DNA from: Frankiales bacterium
Lineage (GTDB): Bacteria > Actinomycetota > Actinomycetes > JAFAQI01
DNA length: 64,000 nucleotides
NCBI GenBank assembly: GCA_025980465.1
Contig: JAICXJ010000001.1
Location: 65,705-129,704, forward strand
Reading direction: 5' to 3'
Made by a program: the position numbers and the translations under genes. The notes beneath the pieces were generated by a model that made no database searches, was not told the origin of the DNA, and worked only from the letters and a program-made list of their open reading frames with translations. How positions within the stretch are numbered: the first letter of the stretch is position 1; every line of letters starts with the position of its first letter. This document shows, in pieces, positions 21,761-31,019 of this stretch.

Positions 21761-23935
21761 ATGCGCCCGTCGGCCCTCGCCGTTTCCGAGGAGCAGCGCG
21801 CGCTCGCCGATGCGGTCCGCGGTTTCGCCGAGCAGGCCGGACTCACCGCGGCGGCGAAGGCCGCACTCGACAGCGCCGAGGACACCCTGCCCGAGAGCTG
21901 GAAGGCGCTCGCGGTTCAGGAGCTGCTGGCGCTTCCATTCGATGCCACGGTCGCGGATCTCTGCGTCGCGGTCGAGGAACTAGGCCGGGTGGTCGCCCCC
22001 GGGCCGATCGTGCCCACCCTGCTGGCCGGGCTCATCGCGAGGCGGTACGGCGACGAGACGTTCCGCCGCAACGTCGAGACCTGGCTGCGAGACGGCACCC
22101 TCTCGGCCGCCGTACAGATCAACGGGCAGCTGGTGGGTGGCGCCGCGGCGCACACCGTCATCTGTTCGGGCAAGGACGATGAGTGGTGGGCCTGCTTCGG
22201 TGCCGATCTCGCGCTGACCTCCAGTCCGGGGCTCGACCCGTCGCGCCGGATCGCGACGGCCGGTGCCACGACCGAGCGGCGGCATCGCATCGATGGACTC
22301 ACCGACACCGACGTACTGGACTTCGCCGTGGTGCTGCTTGCGGCGGAGTCGGTCGGGTTGGCGAACTACTGCCTCGACACCGCCGTCGAGTACGCCAAGG
22401 TGCGCGAGCAGTTCGGGCAGCCGATCGGCGGATTCCAGGCCGTCAAGCACCGTTGCGCCGACATGTTGTGCGAGCTGGAGATCGCCGGCGCGGCGGTCTG
22501 GGACGCCGCTCATGCGGTTGACGACCTCGATTCCGGTGATCCGGCGCGCTCGCTCGCCGTCGCGGTCGCTGCCGCCGTCGCGCCGCAGGCGGCCGTGGAA
22601 GTCGCGAAGAGTCTGATCCAGATCCTCGGCGGGATCGGGTTCACGTGGGAGCACGACGCACACCTCTACCTGAAGCGGGCACTCGCGAATCGGCAGCTGC
22701 TCGGTGGTGCCGGTCGGTGGCGCCGCTCGGCGGTGGAGCTTGCGCGAGCCGGCGCCCGCCGGGCTCGCGACCTCGACCTGGGCCCGGCCGCGGAGTCGGC
22801 GCGTGCCGAGGTGAGGGAATTCCTCACCAGCCTCGACGGGCTTGACGACAAGGCGCGACGGGTCGCGATCGCCGACGCCGGTTACCTGGTGCCGCACTGG
22901 CCGGCGCCGTACGGCCGGTCGGCGGGACCGATCGAGCAGCTCGTGATTGATGAGGAGTTCGCACACGCCGACGTGAAGCGGCCGGACCTCGTCATCGGCA
23001 ACTGGGCGCTGCCGACGATCCTGCAGCACGGCTCCGACGAGCAGCGGGCTCGCTTCGCGCCGCCGACGCTGCACGGCGACATCCGCTGGTGCCAGATGTT
23101 CTCCGAGCCAGGAGCCGGATCTGACCTCGCGTCGCTGACGACCAAGGCGGTGAGGGTGGACGGTGGCTGGTCGCTGTCCGGCCAGAAGGTCTGGACCTCA
23201 TCCGCGAAGACCGCGGACTGGGCGATCTGCCTGGCGCGCACGTCGAGCGGTGCCCGCCGCCACAGTGTTGATGGCGTGCAGAAGCACAGTATTGATGGCG
23301 TGCAGAAGCGCAGTATTGATGGCGTGCAGAAGCACGACGGCATTACCTACTTCCTGCTCGACATGACGTCGCCGGGTATCGACATCCGGCCGCTGCGTGA
23401 GCTCACCGGCGAGGCGTTGTTCAACGAGATCTTCCTCACCGATGTCGTCGTCCCGGACGACTGCGTCGTCGGCGAGGTCGACCAGGGTTGGAAGCTGGCG
23501 CGTACGACGCTCGCCAATGAGCGGGTGGCGATGAGCAGCGGCTCCGCCTTCTCCTCGGGAGTGGAGGAGCTGCTTGCTGCACTCGACCATGGGCCGGCAG
23601 CCAACGACGAGGTCGCGGTTGACGCGGTGGGCGCGCTGGTCTGCCGAGCGCAGGCCGACGCGATGCTCGGAGTCCGCGCGACCCTGGCGCGGGTGTCGGG
23701 CACCGATCCCGGCGCGGCCTCGAGCGTGCGCAAGTTGGTCGGCATGCACCTTCGGCAAGACGCCGCCGAACTCTCGCTCGAGCTGCTCGGCCCGGCCGCG
23801 ATCACCGTGCCGGACGACCTCACCGCCGGCGCGCTTCGCCGTACCTTGTCGACTCGTTCGCTGACGATCGCCGGTGGGACGAGCGAGGTGCTGCACAACG
23901 TGATCGGCGAGCGGATTTTGGGCCTCCCTCGATGA
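21761..23935 (+). CDS. fused two-domain acyl-CoA dehydrogenase (FadE34/ChsE3-like)
   Basis: The 724-aa product has two ACAD units. The second carries YSEPGAGSDLASL and GGTSEVLHN. A KstR box is upstream. Confidence 0.8.
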   Translation: MRPSALAVSEEQRALADAVRGFAEQAGLTAAAKAALDSAEDTLPESWKALAVQELLALPFDATVADLCVAVEELGRVVAPGPIVPTLLAGLIARRYGDETFRRNVETWLRDGTLSAAVQINGQLVGGAAAHTVICSGKDDEWWACFGADLALTSSPGLDPSRRIATAGATTERRHRIDGLTDTDVLDFAVVLLAAESVGLANYCLDTAVEYAKVREQFGQPIGGFQAVKHRCADMLCELEIAGAAVWDAAHAVDDLDSGDPARSLAVAVAAAVAPQAAVEVAKSLIQILGGIGFTWEHDAHLYLKRALANRQLLGGAGRWRRSAVELARAGARRARDLDLGPAAESARAEVREFLTSLDGLDDKARRVAIADAGYLVPHWPAPYGRSAGPIEQLVIDEEFAHADVKRPDLVIGNWALPTILQHGSDEQRARFAPPTLHGDIRWCQMFSEPGAGSDLASLTTKAVRVDGGWSLSGQKVWTSSAKTADWAICLARTSSGARRHSVDGVQKHSIDGVQKRSIDGVQKHDGITYFLLDMTSPGIDIRPLRELTGEALFNEIFLTDVVVPDDCVVGEVDQGWKLARTTLANERVAMSSGSAFSSGVEELLAALDHGPAANDEVAVDAVGALVCRAQADAMLGVRATLARVSGTDPGAASSVRKLVGMHLRQDAAELSLELLGPAAITVPDDLTAGALRRTLSTRSLTIAGGTSEVLHNVIGERILGLPR
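23261..23335 (+). repeat. In-frame 24-bp tandem repeat (3.1 copies) inside the fadE34-like CDS
   Basis: cacagtgttgatggcgtgcagaag / cacagtattgatggcgtgcagaag / cgcagtattgatggcgtgcagaag / cac..., encoding (H/R)S(V/I)DGVQK three times. Confidence 0.9.
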
Positions 23936-23945
23936 AAGAGTCACG

Positions 23946-24959
23946 ATGACCGCTGACCTCAAGCTCGGGCTGATGCTCGGCTACTGGACGTCCGGCCCGG
24001 ACGATGCCACCGACGCCGTGCTCGCGGCTGAAGATGTCGGGTTCGACTCGGTGTGGACGGCGGAGGCCTATGGCTCCGACGCGTTCACGACGTTGAGCTG
24101 GTACGCGGCGCGAACCACACGTATCAAGCTCGCGACCGGCATCGTGCAGCTGTCGGCGCGGACCCCGGCAGCGACCGCGATGAGTGCGGCGACCCTCGAC
24201 GGCCTGTCGGGCGGTCGGCTGAGCCTCGGGCTCGGGGTGTCCGGGCCGCAGGTCGTGGAGGGCTGGTACGGCGTACCGTTCCCGAAGCCGTTGGAGCGGA
24301 CCCGCGACTACGTCGACATCGTGCGGCGGGTCTGGACCCGCGAGGTCATCACCAGCGACAGCGCGCACTACCCGCTGCCGTATCCAGGTGGCACCAAGCT
24401 CGGCAAGCCGATCAAGCTGCTCATGCATCCGGTCCGGGACCGGATCCCGATCCTGCTCGGTGCCGAAGGGCCGAAGAACGTCGAGCTGGCGACGGAGATC
24501 GCGGACGGCTGGCTGCCGATCTTCTACCACGTCGAGCGGGGCGCCGAGCTCTACCGGGAGGCGCTCGCCGGCGCCAAGACCGGCTTCCAGGTCTGCTGCC
24601 CGGTGACCGTCTGTATCAACGACGATGTGCCGACCGCGTTGGAGTACGTGAAGTGGTCGCTCGCCTTCTACATCGGTGGCATGGGCGCGGCGAGCATGAA
24701 CTTCCACCTCAACGTGATCGGGCGTTTCGGCTTCGCCGAGCAGGCGGAGGTCGTCCAGAGCCACTTCCTTTCCGGCGATCGCGAGGCGGCGATGCGGGCT
24801 GTCCCGGACGAGCTCGCCGACGGCATTGCACTGTGCGGTCCGCTCGACCGGATACGCGAGCGGATGCAACTGTGGCGAGACTCACCGGTGACCTCGATGC
24901 TCGTCGGCGGGGTGCGCAACCCCGACCACCTCAAGGCACTCGCCGAGATGGTGGGCTAG
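23946..24959 (+). CDS. LLM-class F420-dependent oxidoreductase
   Basis: Luciferase-like fold (WTAEAYGSDAF, LGLGVSGPQV). Confidence 0.8.
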   Translation: MTADLKLGLMLGYWTSGPDDATDAVLAAEDVGFDSVWTAEAYGSDAFTTLSWYAARTTRIKLATGIVQLSARTPAATAMSAATLDGLSGGRLSLGLGVSGPQVVEGWYGVPFPKPLERTRDYVDIVRRVWTREVITSDSAHYPLPYPGGTKLGKPIKLLMHPVRDRIPILLGAEGPKNVELATEIADGWLPIFYHVERGAELYREALAGAKTGFQVCCPVTVCINDDVPTALEYVKWSLAFYIGGMGAASMNFHLNVIGRFGFAEQAEVVQSHFLSGDREAAMRAVPDELADGIALCGPLDRIRERMQLWRDSPVTSMLVGGVRNPDHLKALAEMVG

Positions 24960-24964
24960 GAAAG

Positions 24965-25009
24965 TTGTCAGGAAACCCACGCGCGCGCCGGCGCCGACAA
25001 CCCTGACAA
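24965..25009. other. Stem-loop: 8-bp arms TTGTCAGG / CCTGACAA around a 29-nt GC-rich loop that itself contains the palindrome GCGCCGGCGC
   Basis: Sits between the LLM stop (24959) and the GTG start of the hydrolase (25010). The right arm abuts the start codon. Confidence 0.5.
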
Positions 25010-26092
25010 GTGATCGATACGACCGCGCTGGTGGCGCGAGCTCGGCGCGACGTCGACGATGGCACGTTGCCCTCCTGTCAGCTCGCGCTCGCTCGCGACG
25101 GCGAGCTGCTGGTCAACGAGACGTTCGGCGTACCGGCTGACGCCCGATACGTGACGTTCAGCGTCACCAAGGCATTCAGCGCCGCGCTGGCGTGGCTGCT
25201 GATCGGCGACGGCGCACTGAGTGACCAGACCAGGGTCGCCGAGGTGGTGCCGGAGTTCGGCTCGAATGGCAAGCAGAACGTCACGATCGAGCACCTGCTG
25301 ACTCACACTTCGGGTTTCGCTCGGGCTCCGATGCGGCCCGAGGAAGGCTTCGACCGGGAGCTGCGGGTGAAGCGGTTTACCTCGTGGCGGCTGGACTGGG
25401 AGCCAGGCTCCCGGACCGAGTACCACGCCACCTCGGCGTACTGGGTGCTGGTGGAGGTGATCGAGCGGCTTGCCGGTGACTACCGGGAGCTGTTCGCGAA
25501 GCGGGTTGCGGGTCCGCTCGGCCTGCCCGGTCTGACCCTCGGTACGCCGATCGAGGCTCAGGGCGACGTCGTACCGGTCGAGGTGTGCGGCCAGCCCGCC
25601 GACGACCAGGAAGGTCTCGGGGAGCGGGTTGCCGAGACCGGCGAGAACTTCTTGCTGCGCTTCAACGAGCCGGCGATCCTCGCGATCGGAGTGCCGGGTG
25701 CCGGCGCGGTTGCCTCGGCGGCTGACATCGCGCTGTTCTACCAAGCGCTGCTTCACAATCCCGACCGGCTCATCGACCCGGACGTGCTGCATGACGTGAC
25801 CGCCAACATCCGTAACGCCCATGCCGATCCACTCTTCGGTTGCCCGGCGAACCGCACCCTCGGCCTGGTGGTCGCCGGTGACGACGGCAAGTCGATTTCA
25901 CGCGGATTCGGGCGAAGCGTCGGACCACGATCATTCGGGGCGATGGGGGTCGGTGGTCAGGTCGCGTGGGCCGACCCGGACAGCGGACTGTCGTTCGGCT
26001 ATCTGACCAATGGTCTCGACGTCGACGTTGTCGGGTCATTCATGCGTTCGGCGAAGATCTCGGGCCTCGCTGCTCGCACTGTGTCGGACTAG
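25010..26092 (+). CDS. serine hydrolase, beta-lactamase/transpeptidase-like family (EstB-type esterase)
   Basis: SVTK (SxxK) active-site motif. Confidence 0.75.
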   Translation: MIDTTALVARARRDVDDGTLPSCQLALARDGELLVNETFGVPADARYVTFSVTKAFSAALAWLLIGDGALSDQTRVAEVVPEFGSNGKQNVTIEHLLTHTSGFARAPMRPEEGFDRELRVKRFTSWRLDWEPGSRTEYHATSAYWVLVEVIERLAGDYRELFAKRVAGPLGLPGLTLGTPIEAQGDVVPVEVCGQPADDQEGLGERVAETGENFLLRFNEPAILAIGVPGAGAVASAADIALFYQALLHNPDRLIDPDVLHDVTANIRNAHADPLFGCPANRTLGLVVAGDDGKSISRGFGRSVGPRSFGAMGVGGQVAWADPDSGLSFGYLTNGLDVDVVGSFMRSAKISGLAARTVSD

Positions 26093-26103
26093 CGTCACAG
26101 AGC

Positions 26104-26607
26104 GTGACGGAATCACAACGTGAACCGGTCCCTCGCAACGACGACGGCGAGCTCGACACCGCAGTCGCCTTCCTTCGTTTTCAGCGGCGCAGTCTTCTGA
26201 AGAAGCTCGACGGGCTCGACGACGAGCAGGTCCGGCGGGTGCTGGTTGGAAGCGGGACCTCGCTGCTCGGGCTGGTGCAGCATTCGGCCGTGGGGGAGCG
26301 GTACTGGTTCGGCTACCACTTGCTTGGTCACCACCGCAGCGTGCCGGATCCCGATTGGAACTTCACGATGGAGGTGTCGGCCGAGCGCACCACGGCCGAG
26401 GTCGTCGCGGACTATCAGCGTGCCATTGCCGCGAGTGACGCGGCGATCCAGCAGATCGCCGACCCTGGCGCGCTGTCCGCCTTGCCGGTGGATGGCTCGC
26501 CCAAGTCATTGCGGTGGATCCTTGCTCATTTCACCAGCGAGACGGCGCGCCATGCCGGCCACGCCGACATCCTGCGCGAACAGGTCGACGGCGTCACCGG
26601 CCGCTGA
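26104..26607 (+). CDS. DinB/DUF664-family (mycothiol-transferase-like) protein
   Basis: DinB_2-like four-helix bundle with the usual histidine positions. GTG start chosen after the upstream stop. Confidence 0.6.
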   Translation: MTESQREPVPRNDDGELDTAVAFLRFQRRSLLKKLDGLDDEQVRRVLVGSGTSLLGLVQHSAVGERYWFGYHLLGHHRSVPDPDWNFTMEVSAERTTAEVVADYQRAIAASDAAIQQIADPGALSALPVDGSPKSLRWILAHFTSETARHAGHADILREQVDGVTGR

Positions 26608-26637
26608 CTGTTGCCGCGGCTGCAGTAGGTTCGCGAT

Positions 26638-26947
26638 CGTGTACGCCGTGGTGAACCGACTCCGTCTCAAATCAGCCATTCCACCGGAGGTCTGGGAGCG
26701 CGCCCAAGCCGAGCTCCCGGCGCGAGCGAGAGAGGTTCCGGGGTTCGAGGCGTTGTACGTGATCGAGGTGGCGGACGATGAGGTTGTCCTGCTGGTCGTG
26801 GGCGACACGGCCGAAACGTTGGATCGAGTCGCCAGTGAAGTCGGCAACGACTGGATGACGGACAACGTGATCCCGCACCTGGCCGCGCCACCTGACCGTC
26901 AGATCGGAAAGGTCGTCGCCTCAGCTGCCTCGACGGGTTCGTCGTAA
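26638..26947 (+). CDS. small hypothetical protein, possibly ABM/Dabb-like
   Basis: About 103 aa. Weak resemblance to an antibiotic-biosynthesis-monooxygenase fold. Start is uncertain. Confidence 0.4.
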
Positions 26948-27039
26948 CGAGCGGACCGAGTGGTGGGGAGGATCCTGCGAGGAATTTGCGGTGACCAGTG
27001 GCTGCAAAGCTCCCGTTCGTGCCGTGGTAGGCACTGTCC

Positions 27040-27819
27040 ATGCCGAAGCTGACAAACGGAAGCCGATCTGTGGCAGGCAAGACGGTGCTCGTCACGGGTG
27101 CGGCGAGCGGGATGGGCCGAGCGACGGCCCACCTGTTCGCGGACGAGGGCGCGATGGTCGCTGTCACCGACCTGGTCGCGGGGGCGGTGCAGGCGGTCGT
27201 CGACGAGATCAACGGGGCCGGTGGGGTCGCGCGCGGCTGGACACTCGACGTGACCGACCAAGCCGCCGTGGACCGGGTCGTCGGCGAGATCGTCGCCGTT
27301 TTCGGCTCGCTCGACATCCTCGTGAACAACGCGGGGATGGTCGCCGGCGGACCCGTGGACGGACCGTCGTACCTCGACGACTTGCTGCGCACGCTCGACG
27401 TTGACCTCATCGCTCATGTGCGCACGATCCGGGCCGCGCTTGCACATCTCAAGCGCAGCGGCGAGGGTCGCATCGTCAACATCGCCTCCACCGAAGGCTC
27501 CGGCGCGACGAAATACAACTCCGGGTACGTCGCCGCCAAGCACGGAGTCATCGGTCTCACCCGCGCGTTGGCGATGGAACTCGGCGAGTTCGGCATCACC
27601 GTCAACTGCGTACAGCCAGGCCCGATCCGAACGGGCATGACCGCGGGGATCCCGGAGGAGGCCAAGACGAAGTTCGCGCGCCGCCGGGTCCCGCTTCGCC
27701 GGTACGGCGAGCCGGAGGAGGTGGCTCAGATGACCGTGTCGCTCTGCTTGCCGGCAATGTCCTACGTCACCGGCGTGAACGTCCCGGTCGATGGCGGCCT
27801 GCTGATACAGAACACCTAG
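27040..27819 (+). CDS. SDR-family oxidoreductase
   Basis: TGAASGMG and YVAAK motifs. Confidence 0.85.
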   Translation: MPKLTNGSRSVAGKTVLVTGAASGMGRATAHLFADEGAMVAVTDLVAGAVQAVVDEINGAGGVARGWTLDVTDQAAVDRVVGEIVAVFGSLDILVNNAGMVAGGPVDGPSYLDDLLRTLDVDLIAHVRTIRAALAHLKRSGEGRIVNIASTEGSGATKYNSGYVAAKHGVIGLTRALAMELGEFGITVNCVQPGPIRTGMTAGIPEEAKTKFARRRVPLRRYGEPEEVAQMTVSLCLPAMSYVTGVNVPVDGGLLIQNT

Positions 27820-28196
27820 CCCAGAGGATGACGCGAGCACTGCTCGACGCCGTCCAACAAGCCGCGATGGTCCTGACGGTGTACATGCGGGAACGGATTT
27901 GCATGAACGCGACAGCGTCGTACTCCGCTTGCTGACCGCACTCTGCCGACCCACGCCGACTACGGCTAGGTGGAATGTGGCGTGACTCGCGCCGAACTCG
28001 GCGGCAGGAAGGGTCACGTTCCGCGGATGTGCGGGCAGTCGGGCTGTGAAGTCGGTGGCGGTCGACGACCTGAACCAGCCGCTGGTGTCGACGATGATTC
28101 GCAGATGCACCCGCCAGGCGAGACAACATGCCGACGAATTCGGAAGATGGAGCGCGTCAGCGGTAGCCCATCCCCGCGAATGGCGGCCCGTTGGGC

Positions 28197-28703
28197 TTAC
28201 TGGCCGGCCGGTATGTTGCCTTCCTGAGCAACGTAGCGGGCGCGTCGGATCCACACGGGGGTGTGATAGACAACCGTTCCGTCGTGGAAGGTGAGCTGCC
28301 CGCGACGAATGATGCGCGGCAACCAATGTCCGCTGTCGCTGCCGATCCGCACCACGCCCGGGCCGCGTTGGTATTCGGCGAGGCGCTTTCCGGGATAGTG
28401 GAAGGGCCAGTCGCGATACAGGTAGATGCGGTTGTTGGTGACGATGACGATGCGATGGAAGTAGAAGCTGAACAGTGAGATCCCGAGCTCCAGCAGTCCG
28501 CCGATCGTCGGAATGAGTCTCGCGACATCCTCCACGAATCCGAAGATGCACATGGTGACCAGGTTGTTGTAGGTGAAGGCGACGGCCACCGCTGGTTCGT
28601 TCAGGTGTGCTCTTCGCGCCACCCGGTTTGCCATGCGCTGGTTGTAGCGAGTGATCGTCACGTGCCGGGGTGGACCAGCGGTCTGATTGGTCGGTGCGTC
28701 CAT
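28197..28703 (-). CDS. membrane protein with bacterial PH-like (bPH_2/YdbS-type) domain; lower GC than surroundings
   Basis: Predicted TM hairpin followed by a PH-like beta-rich region (IVIVTNNRIYLY). GC is about 58% against a local 68-70%. Confidence 0.45.
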   Translation of the reverse strand: MDAPTNQTAGPPRHVTITRYNQRMANRVARRAHLNEPAVAVAFTYNNLVTMCIFGFVEDVARLIPTIGGLLELGISLFSFYFHRIVIVTNNRIYLYRDWPFHYPGKRLAEYQRGPGVVRIGSDSGHWLPRIIRRGQLTFHDGTVVYHTPVWIRRARYVAQEGNIPAGQ

Positions 28704-28786
28704 GACGCGAAATTACTCCGGCTGGCCTCGCTACGCCGTAAAGAACGCAGTACCGGCTGCTGTCACCACAGCAGCTATCACCGCAT

Positions 28787-29227
28787 TCAGTCGATGCGCT
28801 CGGCTAGGGCGACGATGATCCCGTCCGGACCGCGAACGTAGGCCATCCGCCACATGCTCTCGTACTGACCGATCCCGCCGACCAGGCCGTAACCGTCCGC
28901 AGCCAGTCGGTCGACGATCGCCTGAAGGTCGTCCACCTGGAAGGCGATGTTCCGCAGCCCCAGTTCGTTGGACATGGCAGCGGGCGATCCCGGTTTGTGC
29001 TCGGGATGGGTGAAGCTCGATAGCTCCAGGCCGACTCCGCCGTCTGGTGCCCGCAGCATGACGATCTCGCTGCGCGAGTCGGGCAGGCCGATGACGGTGT
29101 CCACGAATTCGCCCGACATGGACATCCGGCCCTCGACTTCGCACCCGAGCCCGACGAAGAACGCAGTCGCCACATCGAGGTCCGCGACCGTGATGCCGAC
29201 ATGGTCGAGCCGCTGAATACCTGGCAT
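28787..29227 (-). CDS. VOC-family (glyoxalase/bleomycin-resistance/dioxygenase) protein
   Basis: LDHVGITVADLD N-terminal VOC motif. Confidence 0.8.
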   Translation of the reverse strand: MPGIQRLDHVGITVADLDVATAFFVGLGCEVEGRMSMSGEFVDTVIGLPDSRSEIVMLRAPDGGVGLELSSFTHPEHKPGSPAAMSNELGLRNIAFQVDDLQAIVDRLAADGYGLVGGIGQYESMWRMAYVRGPDGIIVALAERID

Positions 29228-29436
29228 AGGACCGATTCTGCCGTGCTCGTTCGAGCACGCGGGCGCGGTACCTCCGTCGACCGTTGACTAAGGCCGGTCA
29301 GATTCAAGGCTGAGGCCCGCCGGCCAGCAATGCCACATCGCTATCGACGGTTCACGAGCGGCGACTTCGGGCGGTGGCGAGGTCGGCTCGGTTGCGATTG
29401 TTCCGTCGACCGCACCCGGCGTGCGTCAATACCGGT

Positions 29437-29955
29437 ATGGCCGACCCTGTCAGTACCAAGCTGGATACCCGCTTCTCCAACCCTCGCGCCGAGGCCACAA
29501 GCTGGGGCGAGGCGCTTCAGGCTCTGGAGCAGGCCGAGCTGTTCTGGGTGACAACCGTGCGAGCAGACGGCCGTCCGCATACGACGCCCCTCGTCGCGGT
29601 GTGGTCGGACGGAGCGCTCTACTTCAGTACGGGACTGGGGGAGCAGAAGGAGATCAACCTGCGCAACAACCACCGGGTCATCCTCATGACCGGCCGTAAC
29701 GAGTGGGACCAAGGGCTCGACATCGTCGTCGAAGGCGACGCCCGACGGGTCGAGGACCGCAGCCAGCTCGAGCGGGCGGCCACGGTGTGGAGCGCAAAGT
29801 GGGACGGGCGGTGGAGCTACGTCGTCACTGAGACGGGTTTCGAGCACCCCAACGACCCCGACCACACCCAGGTCCTGGTGTTCGCGGTCCGGCCCGAGCG
29901 GATCCTGGCCTTCGGCAAGGGCGAGTTCTCCCACACCAGTCACCGCTTCAGTTAG
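29437..29955 (+). CDS. pyridoxamine 5'-phosphate oxidase-family (PPOX / F420-binding) protein
   Basis: Split-barrel PNPOx-like signature (LFWVTTVRADGRPHTTPL). Confidence 0.7.
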   Translation: MADPVSTKLDTRFSNPRAEATSWGEALQALEQAELFWVTTVRADGRPHTTPLVAVWSDGALYFSTGLGEQKEINLRNNHRVILMTGRNEWDQGLDIVVEGDARRVEDRSQLERAATVWSAKWDGRWSYVVTETGFEHPNDPDHTQVLVFAVRPERILAFGKGEFSHTSHRFS

Positions 29956-30116
29956 TCACCAATGCAGCTCGCGTGATGCCAGGGTCCCGCCGGCTCGACG
30001 ACAGTGTGAGATCCCAAGCAACGGTAATTCTGCTCGTCAAGCCGAGTGACTCCGGCCGGCATTGCCGGGCATGGCTACGCCTCTGAAGCGGGCCGTCTAG
30101 TCGGGGCCGCAGACAA

Positions 30117-30740
30117 GTGCGCGGCGGCGGTGGCGAGAATCGTGACGTGCGCGAGACACCTGAGCTGCTCGTCGCCGGCGTCGCCCAGTGGCGCGCCTGG
30201 CTGGCGGACAACCACGCGACATCAACTGGCGTACGGCTCGTGCTCGCGAAAAAGGGCGTGGCCGGACCGACGACGCTGACTTATGTCGACGCGCTGCCCG
30301 AGGCGCTCTGCTACGGCTGGATCGACGGTCATCTCACCCGCGGTGACCGTGCCACCTACTACGTCCGGTTCACTCCCCGTCGCGCCCGCAGCCCTTGGTC
30401 GCAGCGAAACGTCCAGACAGCCGAACGTCTGATTGCCCAGGGGCGCATGCAGCCAGCCGGCCTTGCCGAAGTCGAGCGGGCAAAGGCCGACGGGCGGTGG
30501 CAGAGCGCGTACAGCGGATCTGCGTCGCTCGTCATTCCGGACGACCTGCTCGATGCGCTCGCCGCGTCCCCTGGTGCGCAGCGAATGTGGGAGGTGCTGA
30601 CGCGGACCAACAAGTACGCCGTCGTATACCGGGTGCGGGAGGCCAAGCGCGCGGAGACGCGTGCTCGCCGGATCCAGCAGTACGTCGACATGCTCGCTCG
30701 CGGCGACACGCCGCATCCCCAGAAGCGCAAGCCGGAATGA
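30117..30740 (+). CDS. YdeI/OmpD-associated family protein (DUF1801/DUF1905-like)
   Basis: Conserved C-terminal YVDMLARGDTP...KRK motif. Start uncertain (alternative at 30147). Confidence 0.6.
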   Translation: MRGGGGENRDVRETPELLVAGVAQWRAWLADNHATSTGVRLVLAKKGVAGPTTLTYVDALPEALCYGWIDGHLTRGDRATYYVRFTPRRARSPWSQRNVQTAERLIAQGRMQPAGLAEVERAKADGRWQSAYSGSASLVIPDDLLDALAASPGAQRMWEVLTRTNKYAVVYRVREAKRAETRARRIQQYVDMLARGDTPHPQKRKPE

Positions 30741-30854
30741 GGGGCGTCGGGACTCGCGAGGCTGATGTGGTCAGGCGCCGTCACGATTATGAGCACCGCC
30801 GGTTTCGGCCCGACGCCGGTGAACGCCGGTGAACGGCACCTAGGTTCGGCGCTC

Positions 30855-30958
30855 AAGCAATGTGACATTGGTTGAGCGATGTGACGGCATGGCGCCGGAT
30901 TCGCCATAGCAATGTGGCATTGCTTGGTGGGAGGGCATAGCAATGCCACATTGCTTGG
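30855..30958. repeat. Cluster of three AT-richer palindromic units (CAAGCAATGTgACATTGgTTG; CATAGCAATGtggCATTGCTTGG; CATAGCAATGccaCATTGCTTGG)
   Basis: Units B and C are 23-bp near-identical direct repeats 31 bp apart. Each contains GCAATG-N3-CATTGC. An upstream direct repeat CGCCGGTGAA occurs twice. Confidence 0.7.
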
Positions 30959-31019
30959 ACCGGTCGGTAGTTCGGTGGGATCGTCGGCTGAGGGGTAGCT
31001 CAGTCGCTCCGAGAGTCGG

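Noticed and set aside
23261-23335. Possible CRISPR array, suggested by the direct repeats.
   Set aside because: Only three contiguous 24-bp units with no spacers, in-frame inside a conserved enzyme gene, and no cas genes nearby.
26893-26907. CTGACcGTCAG inside the ABM-like ORF as an eighth motif copy.
   Set aside because: The spacer is 1 nt, not 3, and it is intragenic. It is most likely a chance occurrence.
28046-28294. 82-aa ORF in the low-GC gap.
   Set aside because: No homology signal. It overlaps the 3' end of the PH-domain gene on the opposite strand and is probably spurious.
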